Assembly (NCBI GenBank): GCA_050486185.1
Contig: JBJHCT010000003.1
Span: 37,500-101,499, forward strand
DNA: 64,000 nt
From: Candidatus Saccharimonadota bacterium
GTDB lineage: Bacteria > Patescibacteriota > Saccharimonadia > QS-5-54-17
Direction of reading: 5' to 3'
Positions within the stretch are counted from its first letter, which is position 1; every line of letters begins with the position of its first letter. Below are positions 9,664-18,382 of the stretch, piece after piece. Below the pieces are notes generated by a model. That model made no database searches, had not been told where the DNA came from, and saw only the letters and a list, made by a program, of their open reading frames with translations. The position numbers and the translations under genes are program-made.

Positions 9664-10284
9664 ATGATGAAGCAAACCTTAACTAAAAAACAAAAACAGA
9701 TGTTAGATTATATCCGTGAGTCCTCTAGTGAGTTTGGTTATGCGCCTACCTTTAGAGAGATTATGGATGGGCTTAATTACAGCTCAGTAGCTACAGTAGC
9801 TCAACATATCGATAACCTAGTTAAAAAAGGCTATTTATACAAGCGCAACAACGAAGCTAGATCGATTCAGTTAGTTGAAACTGATGTCGATACAGAAAGC
9901 ACGCATGGCTTACCCGTTATGGGTTGGATCGCTGCTGGTGAGCCAATCACTACTTTAGATAACCCCAACGAGACGCTGCAGGTACCTAACTTTATGATCA
10001 AAAGCGACACTAGCTATGTTCTGCAAGTAAAAGGCGAGAGTATGATTGAAGACGGCATATTAGATGGAGACTACATAGTAGTTAGAGAAAACCGCGTACC
10101 CCAAGATGGTGATGTGGTGGTTGCTATGATCGATGGGGACTCTGCTACCCTAAAACACTTCTACAAGGAAGGCGAACGCATTCGTCTAGAGCCGGCTAAC
10201 TCAGCATATGAGCCTATCTATATCGAAAAGGGCAGATCACTAGAAGTCCAAGGTGTAGTTACTGGAGTAGTTAGAGCCTATTAA
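9664..10284 (+). CDS. lexA: LexA repressor (S24 peptidase)
   Basis: N-terminal wHTH (MMKQTLTKKQKQMLDYIRES…GYAPTFREI). C-terminal S24 domain with GESMIEDGILDGDYIVV and the catalytic Ser/Lys context. Confidence 0.85.
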   Translation: MMKQTLTKKQKQMLDYIRESSSEFGYAPTFREIMDGLNYSSVATVAQHIDNLVKKGYLYKRNNEARSIQLVETDVDTESTHGLPVMGWIAAGEPITTLDNPNETLQVPNFMIKSDTSYVLQVKGESMIEDGILDGDYIVVRENRVPQDGDVVVAMIDGDSATLKHFYKEGERIRLEPANSAYEPIYIEKGRSLEVQGVVTGVVRAY

Positions 10285-10327
10285 ACCTCTTCTAGGTTAA
10301 GACTCCATAAAACATCTAACAATTGAT

Positions 10328-10342
10328 TTTCGTATTCTGTTC
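10328..10342 (+). promoter_or_regulatory. second GTTC-N7-GTTC-like operator (TTTC-N7-GTTC) inside a TTGATT / TATAAT promoter
   Basis: Sequence TTGATTttCgtattctGTTCgtaTATAAT lies 16-35 nt upstream of the HNH-like ORF start. Confidence 0.45.
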
Positions 10343-10357
10343 GTATATAATGTTTTC

Positions 10358-10666
10358 ATGCCAAGAGAAAAAAGAACTTACGCAGACCGTAGAGAAGAGC
10401 TCATAAAAGCGGTCGCTAAAAGACGAAGAAAGCTCAAAGAATTAGCCATTGAGTACAAAGGTGGTAGCTGCCAAGTGTGCGGATATGATAGATATCAAGG
10501 AGCTCTTGAGTTTCATCATCTAAACCCTAAAGAGAAGAAATTCGGCATAGCTGACAAGGGATATACCCGCTCCTGGGATGAAGTAAAAGAAGAGTTAGAT
10601 AAATGCGTTTTGGTTTGCGCTAATTGCCATAGGGAAGTTGGGTTTGGTGGTGTGAAGCTGAGTTAG
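10358..10666 (+). CDS. small HNH-family nuclease-like protein
   Basis: 102 aa, basic N-terminus. The CxxCG…EFHHLNP…CANCH pattern has the HNH/His-Me finger layout. Probable SOS-regulon member, by promoter architecture only. Confidence 0.55.
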   Translation: MPREKRTYADRREELIKAVAKRRRKLKELAIEYKGGSCQVCGYDRYQGALEFHHLNPKEKKFGIADKGYTRSWDEVKEELDKCVLVCANCHREVGFGGVKLS

Positions 10667-10722
10667 TTGTTTACGAGGGGGGATATACAGGCTAGAATAT
10701 ATACTGTCCAATAACTGGATGA

Positions 10723-11030
10723 TCCTGGGTAGCTCAATGGTAGAGCAACTGGCTGTGAAAACGCAGCTTTCCGATCGAAAGACGGATCGAATAACGAGGT
10801 GAACTGCTGGAAGCCTAAGGCCTATTTAGCTAAGGTAATCAGCATCCAAGCCTTGCTACAAGATAGCAAGGAAGGTTCAGAGACTATCTCGCAAGAGAGT
10901 ACTCCACTTACCCTGGAGGAAGCGCCTCGCTCCCTTTTATTTTTGGGAGATGATATAGTCCACGCCCGTTGGAAACAGCGGGATAAGTGTAACCAGTAGG
11001 TTGGCGGTTCGAGTCCGCCCCCAGGAGCCA
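10723..11030 (+). tRNA. tRNA-Asn(GUU) interrupted by a group I intron (exon 1 10723-10756, exon 2 10990-11030, CCA encoded)
   Basis: Acceptor TCCTGGG/CCCAGGA, discriminator G, D-arm GCTC-AATGGTA-GAGC, anticodon stem ACTGG/CCAGT, T-arm GGCGG-TTCGAGT-CCGCC. The spliced loop is cuGUUaa, which matches the classical Asn anticodon loop CUQUUAA. Confidence 0.7.
10757..10989 (+). ncRNA. group I self-splicing intron in the tRNA-Asn anticodon loop, ~233 nt, no ORF
   Basis: P1 is exon gcugU paired to the intron guide sequence Gcagc (10763-10767), giving a U•G wobble at the 5' splice site. P7-like 5' strand ..cAGAGACUAucucg.. and 3' strand ..GAUAUAGUCCacgcc.. (compare Tetrahymena …AGAUAUAGUCGGACC). Terminal omega-G at 10989. 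Confidence 0.65.
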
Positions 11031-11994
11031 AGATTGATTTTTAGAACACTCTGCGATTACATCAAAGGGTGTTTTCAGATTAAAAACCAGCTTTTTGTCT
11101 TGAATTACGAGGTTCGAAAGCAGAAAGCGTAAAAGTTTGGATTTTAGTGCCGCTTTCGAACTTTGGAACAGTTTAGGTGCTTTTGTGGCTATCTCTAACA
11201 GATACGAACTGGTTAACATAAAACTTTTGTCATTGTGCGTTAAAGTAACCAGCTGTTCGTCTAGTTGCTCTTGTCGGGCTTTCAGGTCCTTAACATATTC
11301 GTCATAGTCATTGAGAGTAATACGCCCATCGAGCCTGTCCTCGTACAGCACACGCAGCTTTTTCTGTATTGTATCGTACTCTACACGGGTCTGCTCAATA
11401 GCGTTGGCGTAGTAAAGCTGCTGGTTATCGTGGTGCTTACGAAGCTCGTCAATTACGTATTTAACAATATCCTCGTTCATTTCAAGCTGTCCAACCATAG
11501 CAGCAACCTGCGGCACAAGGTCCTTTTCTTTGATGTGAGCCTGTTTGCACGGACCTTTGCCTTTGCTGCATTGCATATAAACGTTACCTTTGGCTGTATA
11601 AGAGGATATGCTACAACCACAGCTACCGCATTTTAATAAGCCGTTAAACGTATAGTCAGTCTTTTGCTTTTTGGTCCTGTTAGTACCACGCTGGTCATTT
11701 ACAGCCTGTACCTTATCAAACATCTTGCGGCTTATAAGCGGCTCGTATTTATGAGGGTACAGTTTGCCGTTATACCGCATAACGCCATAGTAAAACGGGT
11801 TTTTAAGTATCTGCTCAATCGTGCTTTGACCAATAGGGGTTAGTTTGGCTGTATTATTTCTTAAACCCTCTTTTTTGAGTTGTGCAGCAATGCCTCTATA
11901 AGGTGTGCCGATTAACCGCAGTTCAAATGCCTTTTTAATGTAGCCAGCTCGTTCTTGGTCTAACAGTACGGTTGTTTCTTTGTCGCTAATTCTA
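10908..11994 (-). pseudogene. large serine recombinase (integrase) fragment: recombinase domain, Zn-ribbon and coiled-coil, lacking the N-terminal catalytic resolvase domain
   Basis: Homology to serine integrases runs from …ISDKETTVLLDQERAGYIKKAFELRLIG… through the CGSCG Zn-ribbon and coiled-coil to …FDVIAECSKNQ. The first ~100 codons of the 460-aa ORF are antisense read-through of the adjacent ATPase fragment. The last ~40 codons run over the tRNA-Asn 3' exon. Confidence 0.6.
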
Positions 11995-12510
11995 TGGATT
12001 AATCTGGTGACCGACAGTGCGATGGTAATTCCCTTAGGGATGGAGCCGGGTGAGTCCGATCTGATGGAGCGACCACCGCGTAAGCCCAAAAAACCGATCC
12101 TCGGTAAAGTCGTGATTACACGTATGATCTTTATCGCCAGTATAATGGCGTTGGTGACCTTAAGTCTATTCACCTTCTTCCTGCAGTTTATGAGCGAAGA
12201 GTATGCGCGTACTATCGCTTTTAATGCCCTGGTTGTTATGCAGTGGGCCGATGCCTTTAACGCCCGTTCGCTCTGGCAGTCGATATTCATTCGTATTAAG
12301 ACGATGAATAAGTCGTTCTACGTAGGTTTGACGATTGCTGTTTCGATGCATATTTTAGCCATGTTCGGACCGATGCAAAACCCATTGTCAATCGAAAATG
12401 TCCAGCTCAATCATCTGCTCATCACGAGCCTCATCGCTATCGTGCCGATCATCATCGCCGGAGAGCTTCACAAGTTGATTATCCAGCGTATCGATCCAGA
12501 TTTCCGCTAG
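11980..12510 (+). pseudogene. C-terminal fragment (TM7-10) of a P2-type cation-transporting ATPase
   Basis: LILWINLVTDSAMVIPLGMEPGESDLMERPPRKPK… is the signature of the cation_ATPase_C region. No upstream A, P or N domains. It abuts the integrase fragment with no gap. Confidence 0.6.
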
Positions 12511-12710
12511 CAGCGGGCGCTAACTTGGGTTAGGTCGGCTGCGGCAAGCTGATCAAGCGTTAGCTGATCTACGATGACGACCGTAACTTATTAGTACGAG
12601 TTTGATGGAGCTGAATGGGGAGAGGCGGCCGATAGGTTGGACAATGATCACTGCGGTGTGGGATAATAAGCACAAGCAATCGATAAAAAATAAACAGCCT
12701 TAATACACCT

Positions 12711-14405
12711 ATGGATCTCAGTAGTCTCTTTACACAAATTAGCTTGATTGTAGCCGTCGGCGCAGTGGTTGCAACGGTGATGCGGCTGTTGCGACAACCG
12801 CTGATTATCGGCCATATCGTGACCGGAATCATCGTTGGCCCGATGTTACTAGCTATTGTTGGACCTGGCGGTGAGCTGGGCGGATTGAGTCGAATTGGCA
12901 TCGTATTACTGCTATTTATCGTCGGGCTGGAAATTAGCCTCAAAGTTTTCTCCAAGCTAGGGAGCGTAGTCTTCATAGCAGCACTGGTCCAGGTAGGGGT
13001 GGTCACAACTGTCGGAGCCACGGTGGCTACCGCTTTTGGTTTTGCTGGCGTAGAGAGCTTTATTATCGGCCTCGCCTTAGCTCTTAGCAGTACCTTGATC
13101 AGCGTGAAGTTATTCGGAGACAAGAAGGAGTTGACTCGACTGTATGCACAGATTGCGGTCGGGGTGCTGTTGCTGCAGGATATGGTGGCGACTGGTGCCA
13201 AAGTCTATCTATCTGGTTATGAAAAAAGTGGCTCTTTGATTGACATCCTTTGGTTAGGAGGCCGCGGCCTCGCCGCTTTATTAGCTCTCTACTTAACAGT
13301 CCGTTATATCTTGCCGAAATTGACTCATGCGATCGAGGATACCAAGGAGTTGCTTTTGTTATTCTCCCTGGGGTGGGGGTTGGGGGTGGCGACGCTGTTC
13401 GATATGGTCGGCTTTTCGATAGAAATCGGAGCCTTGCTGGCTGGAGTTAGTCTGGCCTCAGTGCCGTATGTGCACGAGATGGCATCACGGCTCAAGCCGC
13501 TACGCGACTTCTTCATTGTGCTGTTTTTCATCTCGATTGGCAGCACATTACTGCCGGGACAGTTGACGCAAGCGCTGCTGCCAGCAGCAATCTTTACGGT
13601 GCTCGTCTTACTCTTGAAGCCACTGGTGATTTTAATGTGTATGGGGCTACTTGGTTATGCCAAACGGACAAGTTTTAAAACAGCCGTTTCACTGGCCCAG
13701 GTGAGCGAGTTTTCATTAGTCTTAATCGTAGGGGCGCTAAGTGCCGGATTAATCAGTGCCGAAGTCCAGGCTATTATTACGGTAGTGGCACTTGTTACCT
13801 TCGCCGGCTCTACCTACATGATGAAGTATGACAACCAACTCTATAAGATGCTGGAACCACACTTGCGGCTATTTGAACGCAAAACCACTCGGTTAGAGCA
13901 ACCTGCTAGCCTTAGCCATTACCCGGCAGTGCTGTTCGGTTACCGCAAGGGCGGGATGGAGTTTATTCGGACATTTAAGAGCATGGGTAAGCGGTTTGTA
14001 GTGGTAGATTACGACCCAGAAGCTATCGAGCTACTCGAGCGCCAGCAGGTAAACTTGATTTTTGGCGATGCCACCGACCCAGAACTACTGGAAGAGCTAG
14101 GCCTAAACCAAAGCAAGGTCATAGTTTCAACCATTTCTGACCTCAAAACTAACGAGTTTTTAGCCCAGTGGTTGCACATCAATAATCCAGCAGCTGTCTT
14201 TGTCTGTTCGGCCGATAATGCGGCTCAGGCCAGCGCCCTCTATGAGCTGGGGGCTGCGTATGTGATGATGCCGCACTTTATCGGCTCGGAAAAAATCGGC
14301 AGTTTTATGAAGCGTAATGGACTCAAGAAGTCGGAGTTCCATAAATTTCGCCAACGCCACTTGCAGTATCTAGAGACACATTATGCCTTCGAATCAAACA
14401 GCTAA
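12711..14405 (+). CDS. Kef-type monovalent cation:proton antiporter (CPA2) with C-terminal RCK/TrkA-N domain
   Basis: 564 aa. About 12 TM helices of a Na+/H+-exchanger fold, followed by a Rossmann RCK domain (…RFVVVDYDPEAIELL…FGDATDPELLEE…). Confidence 0.8.
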   Translation: MDLSSLFTQISLIVAVGAVVATVMRLLRQPLIIGHIVTGIIVGPMLLAIVGPGGELGGLSRIGIVLLLFIVGLEISLKVFSKLGSVVFIAALVQVGVVTTVGATVATAFGFAGVESFIIGLALALSSTLISVKLFGDKKELTRLYAQIAVGVLLLQDMVATGAKVYLSGYEKSGSLIDILWLGGRGLAALLALYLTVRYILPKLTHAIEDTKELLLLFSLGWGLGVATLFDMVGFSIEIGALLAGVSLASVPYVHEMASRLKPLRDFFIVLFFISIGSTLLPGQLTQALLPAAIFTVLVLLLKPLVILMCMGLLGYAKRTSFKTAVSLAQVSEFSLVLIVGALSAGLISAEVQAIITVVALVTFAGSTYMMKYDNQLYKMLEPHLRLFERKTTRLEQPASLSHYPAVLFGYRKGGMEFIRTFKSMGKRFVVVDYDPEAIELLERQQVNLIFGDATDPELLEELGLNQSKVIVSTISDLKTNEFLAQWLHINNPAAVFVCSADNAAQASALYELGAAYVMMPHFIGSEKIGSFMKRNGLKKSEFHKFRQRHLQYLETHYAFESNS

Positions 14406-14581
14406 TTCCTTCACAAGCTACCGTGTCTAATAATTTGTTTATAACGCAAAAAACACAAGAAGTGTCTAATGAGTAGCTAGTCGAGAGCAATTGAAGTTCT
14501 GATTTTCTCTACTACCGAGAGGGTAAGGCAAACGGGCAACCTTTGTGCGGCACATTCGCTTCATTAAGATATAATGACATT

Positions 14582-15019
14582 ATGAAAGCGATGCAGTTCT
14601 CAATCGATATAAGTACCGGCAGAGAAAAGGTCTGGGATACGCTATGGCAAGATGAAACATTTCGCGAGTGGGCGGGTATTATTGACCCGGGAACACACAT
14701 GGTTGGCGATCTGGAGGAAGGCAATGAAGTACAGTTTATTTCCGGAAATGGGTATGGTGTAACCAGTCTGGTCGAAAAGCAGGTAGTAGGCGAATTTTTG
14801 CTACTCAGGCACCGTGCAGATACGAAAAGTAAGGGCGAGCGAGAGCGTGAAGATCAGTGGACTGGCGGTGAGGAAAGCTATTCGCTAACGGAAAAGGACG
14901 CTACTACGACCTTAACCGTCACATTTGATGTTCCGCCGGCACTGGAAGTGTATTTTAAGGATAACTACCCTAAAGCTTTGGCGCGAGTTAAGCTCTTAGC
15001 CGAAAGAGAGAAGCGGTAG
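14582..15019 (+). CDS. SRPBCC (AHSA1/START-like) domain protein
   Basis: About 145 aa from the internal Met. Sequence …REKVWDTLWQDETFREWAG… is a typical AHSA1-type SRPBCC. Confidence 0.55.
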   Translation: MKAMQFSIDISTGREKVWDTLWQDETFREWAGIIDPGTHMVGDLEEGNEVQFISGNGYGVTSLVEKQVVGEFLLLRHRADTKSKGEREREDQWTGGEESYSLTEKDATTTLTVTFDVPPALEVYFKDNYPKALARVKLLAEREKR

Positions 15020-15104
15020 CTAGGGCTAACTGCTTTAATTGTTTGACCGCCCTCTTATTTTTGGCGACTATACCCTCATAGCAAGTAGATGTTAAAGTGT
15101 CCTC

Positions 15105-15425
15105 ATGGACGCTATAGACCGACAGTTAGAACAAATTCAAAAAGCAGAAGCTAAACACAAAGGCGACAACAAAGCCTTAATCTTATTCTGGGAAGACCTA
15201 TGGAATAAAGGCGGTCTGAAATTTAACGGAGTAAAGTGGACATTCCGCATAGTTGACCTGTACTACAAAGAAAAGCGATATGACGACGCCTGGCGAGTGC
15301 TTAATGACTTTATAAAAACCAAGCCACAATACATTACTAATATTCGCAAATGGCAGATTAAAATACTAAAGAGAGAAAAGAAAGACTACGCTCATATCCA
15401 ACAGCTTTTAGATAACGGTCAGTAG
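15105..15425 (+). CDS. hypothetical protein
   Basis: 106-aa ORF followed by a hairpin and T-run. Confidence 0.45.
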   Translation: MDAIDRQLEQIQKAEAKHKGDNKALILFWEDLWNKGGLKFNGVKWTFRIVDLYYKEKRYDDAWRVLNDFIKTKPQYITNIRKWQIKILKREKKDYAHIQQLLDNGQ

Positions 15426-15454
15426 TATGCTAAAATATACTAAGTAAAACGCGT

Positions 15455-15490
15455 CCCAAACGGAGTAATCCGTCGGGGCGTTTTTTTATT
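15455..15490 (+). terminator. putative intrinsic terminator (hairpin ACGGA-GTAA-TCCGT, extended by CCC/GGG, then T8)
   Basis: Sequence aaaacgcgtcccaaacggagtaatccgtcggggcgttttttt lies directly after the 15105-15425 ORF. Confidence 0.55.
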
Positions 15491-15523
15491 GCCAAAATTC
15501 GTGTGGTGCCCTCATGAATTTAT

Positions 15524-15599
15524 GGGGCAGTAGTTTAACAGGTAAAATTTACGGTTTGGCATCGTAAGATACGGGTTCGAGTCCCGTCTCGCTCCACCA
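15524..15599 (+). tRNA. tRNA-like gene (Pro/UGG-like anticodon loop) with a mismatched acceptor stem; probable pseudo-tRNA or integration-site remnant
   Basis: D-arm GTTT-AACAGGTA-AAAT, anticodon arm TACGG-tttggca-TCGTA and T-arm ACGGG-TTCGAGT-CCCGT are all well formed, and CCA follows. The 5' acceptor GGGGCAG pairs only 5 of 7 with the 3' strand CTCGCTC. Confidence 0.35.
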
Positions 15600-15642
15600 G
15601 TAGAATATCCAAACTAGAAAGAGACCCTTTCAGGTCTCTTAA

Positions 15643-15656
15643 CGGTTTGGCATCGC
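15643..15656 (+). repeat. 14-nt direct repeat ACGGTTTGGCATCG (second copy; first copy 15551-15564 inside the tRNA-like anticodon arm)
   Basis: Exact duplication read in the sequence, 92 nt apart. The second copy is followed by the 8-bp hairpin CGCTATGC-acattgt-GCATAGCG. Confidence 0.6.
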
Positions 15657-15811
15657 TATGCACATTGTAGCATAGCGCAGATGGTTTATGCACCGCTTTT
15701 CGCGGACGCACGCATAGCTATTGCCAAAATTAAGGAGTTAAAAGTACAGTGACAACAGAGGTAAGTATATCCTTGACAACAAGTATACTAAAAGATATAC
15801 TTATAAGTACG

Positions 15812-16660
15812 ATGAGATACACGATAACCCAATTCAACAAAGACTTTCCAAACGATGATGTATGTCTTGATACTATTTTTGAGAATCGCTACGGCGATGT
15901 CAAAGACTGCCCGAAGTGTGGCGTAGTCGACACGAAGTTCTACCGTGTCAAAGGGCGCAAGTGCTACGCCTGTATGCACTGTGGCTATCAACTGCATCCT
16001 TTAGCCGACACTATCTTTCATAAGTCAGCTACACCACTTAAAAGTTGGTTTTATGCAATATATCTATTTTCAGTATCGAAGAATGGCGTATCAGCTAAAG
16101 AGCTAGAGCGACACTTAGGAGTAACTTACAAGACTGCACACCGCATGGCAGCACAAATCCGCAAACTCATGAAAGACAATGAAGATCCGCTCAGTGGCGA
16201 AGTAGAAGTAGACGAAACCTATATTGGTGGTCGCCGTAAACTAGCACAGAAATTTGATAATAAAAGCGTAGTATTCGGTATGGTAGAACGGGACGGATTT
16301 GCGAAGACTAAACATGTTATTAGCTCTGGTAGCCGCGTTCTACTGCCAGTGATCGTTAAAGGGGTAGCGCCAAAGTCTAGTATCCACAGTGACGAGTGGA
16401 GAGCATACAAAACACTTTCAAGACGAGGCTACACTCACACCACAGTCAATCACTCTAAATTAGAGTACGTACGCGGTGCAACTCACACCAACACCATAGA
16501 GGGCTATTGGAGCCAACTAAAACGTTCTATCGACGGGACTTACCACTCTGTTTCGCCGAAGTATTTACAGGCTTACCTTGACGAGTTTTCTTTTCGTTAT
16601 AACTTGAGGGGTTCAGCTGTTTATCCTGTTCTTTTGGGACGGGCGTCGACGCCTTTTTAA
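15812..16660 (+). mobile_element. IS1595-family (ISXO2-like) DDE transposase gene
   Basis: N-terminal Zn-ribbon CPKCG…CYACMHCG and the hallmark …EVEVDETYIGG… of the IS1595/ISXO2 transposase domain. The internal Met at 15812 is chosen as start. Terminal inverted repeats could not be convincingly identified by eye. Confidence 0.7.
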
Positions 16661-16687
16661 TTAGTTTCTTGAATTGCTTTTTACCCA

Positions 16688-17023
16688 TTATCTAAACCAA
16701 ACCTCAATAATCACATTTATGATAGTTGCTATAGTTATTATAACAGCGGTAGTCACCTGTATAAAGTTCTTGTTGTCCCCCAGTATAGCTCTAACTAATC
16801 CTGTTGGTATTTTTCCTCTCTTATATATTAAATCGTAGCCATCAGACAGTACTTTCAACTTGTCAGTACCATCAAGTGTACTACTTGGGATTAATTCTAT
16901 GTAATTTCTTTTCAGGGCAGACTTATAAATCGCCTTTGCCTTAGAGTCTCTTAGTTCATGCTTTACGGAAAACTCTTTTATGAAGGCTACTTTATCTTCA
17001 CAATGCTCATCTTCATGTCCCAA
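16688..17023 (-). CDS. hypothetical protein with C-terminal TM helix
   Basis: 111-aa ORF. No recognisable domain. Confidence 0.35.
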   Translation of the reverse strand: MGHEDEHCEDKVAFIKEFSVKHELRDSKAKAIYKSALKRNYIELIPSSTLDGTDKLKVLSDGYDLIYKRGKIPTGLVRAILGDNKNFIQVTTAVIITIATIINVIIEVWFR

Positions 17024-17161
17024 AAAACCTTGTGAAAAATAGTCGTCTAGACTCTCGTTGTTCTTTTCGTTGAGCGATAGCTCTAGCCCCTACTACTAAG
17101 AGCCAATCTTAAGTTTCCATACTATAAAAAATTCTAAACAAACCTTGATATAATCAAAACT

Positions 17162-17395
17162 ATGAATCCAACTACAATCACAGGCCGCATATACGCTACA
17201 ATATTTGAACTACTTGAACAAAACCCCGAAGGTCTGCGTTGGTCGGAGCTGCTAGAAAAAATTCAAGAATCAGACCCTAGCTTTCACCCCAAAACAGTCA
17301 ATGGTTGCGTCTGGAAGTTGATTGAAAAATATCCCGAGGAGGTACATAAACCCTCAAAAGGGGTATTTCAGCTTACGAAGTATAAATCTAACTAA
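17162..17395 (+). CDS. small winged-helix protein (Mrr_N-like wHTH)
   Basis: 77 aa. …GLRWSELLEKIQES…KTVNGCVWKL… resembles the Mrr N-terminal wHTH family. Confidence 0.45.
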   Translation: MNPTTITGRIYATIFELLEQNPEGLRWSELLEKIQESDPSFHPKTVNGCVWKLIEKYPEEVHKPSKGVFQLTKYKSN

Positions 17396-17418
17396 CAACA
17401 AAGCCTAGATTTACAAAG

Positions 17419-18264
17419 CTATTTTTTAACTACTTTAGCCAGGGACGACTCACGAAATTCACGGGTAAAAGCCAGTATTCCAGCTACTAGCATTGTTATA
17501 CCCATTAGTTCAATACTTTCTTCAAGTACCGAGTCGGTAAACATAAAGTAGGTAAAGCCTTGGGTTCTACCAGGCAAGAGCGGTAGATTGCTACCAAAAA
17601 ACAGGATATCGAAAGCTCCACCGATGATGACGTAGGAATGGAATAGGTTGCTCATCAGTGATCCACCAGCGGCCATGGCATAAAGAATAAAGCCTATTAA
17701 AAAGAGCTTACGAGCACTAACAGCTCGCCAGGCCTGGCGCCAGTACCGAGCAAAAGCATAGACTGGTACTGCTGCTAGAGCTAGAAAATAGGGAGCTTCA
17801 ACTACAAAACTGTGTCTTAAACCAAAAATCTCACCACCAAAAGCCCTTTCAGCTTCACGGTTTAGCACATGTCTAATATCACCAGCATCCTCAATCAACA
17901 TCAGGCCAAACCCGATAGCAATCAAAAAGAAGAACTTAGCGGCGTCTTTCTCGCCGCTAGCACTTAATCTACCGGCCAAAAACCCCGATATACCAGCGGC
18001 AAAGGCCAACATAAACCACTGAGTCCATTCTACTGGTCTATCGTTAAAGAGAAATGTCCAGGCCGGAGCTCTTAATTCAACACTGATCCAGCCTAAGATA
18101 TCGATTGATATGAATATAGCCCAGGCTATAGCTATCCAAGTGGCAATAGCTAGTACTACGACTTTAGGTCTGATATTAAATAGCTTGGGCCAGGTTGTGT
18201 CTATTTGATTTGGCTGATTTGATTGGTCTTTTACATCTTTCATAGATTGCCTAAAATTATACAC
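17419..18264 (-). CDS. integral membrane protein (hypothetical)
   Basis: 281 aa with multiple hydrophobic helices. Confidence 0.5.
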   Translation of the reverse strand: MYNFRQSMKDVKDQSNQPNQIDTTWPKLFNIRPKVVVLAIATWIAIAWAIFISIDILGWISVELRAPAWTFLFNDRPVEWTQWFMLAFAAGISGFLAGRLSASGEKDAAKFFFLIAIGFGLMLIEDAGDIRHVLNREAERAFGGEIFGLRHSFVVEAPYFLALAAVPVYAFARYWRQAWRAVSARKLFLIGFILYAMAAGGSLMSNLFHSYVIIGGAFDILFFGSNLPLLPGRTQGFTYFMFTDSVLEESIELMGITMLVAGILAFTREFRESSLAKVVKK

Positions 18265-18382
18265 TTAAAATTAGTTAAATGCGCTTGGAGCTTGTATAAC
18301 AACAACCAAATCTAAAGATAGCTCTTACCGCTCATGCTTGTGATGTCTGAACTATTGGCCCATAATTTGGGTCTAGATAGCT

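Noticed and set aside
10799-11031. Two small ORFs (10799-10999 +, 10822-11031 -) near the tRNA-Asn
   Set aside because: They lie inside the group I intron and the tRNA 3' exon. The RNA-structure explanation is much stronger, and the intron is too short for a homing endonuclease.
12569-13201. 210-aa minus-strand ORF
   Set aside because: It is entirely antisense to the well-supported Kef antiporter gene. It has a low-complexity Pro/Thr/Ala composition typical of antisense read-through of membrane-protein genes.
15500-15740. Possible two-piece (permuted) tmRNA, suggested by a T-arm/CCA element followed by a structured region
   Set aside because: There is no plausible tag-peptide reading frame (no …ALAA*-type ending). 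There is no GGGG 5' acceptor strand complementary to the CCA-proximal strand. The repeated segment is better explained as a tRNA-anticodon-arm duplication next to an IS element.
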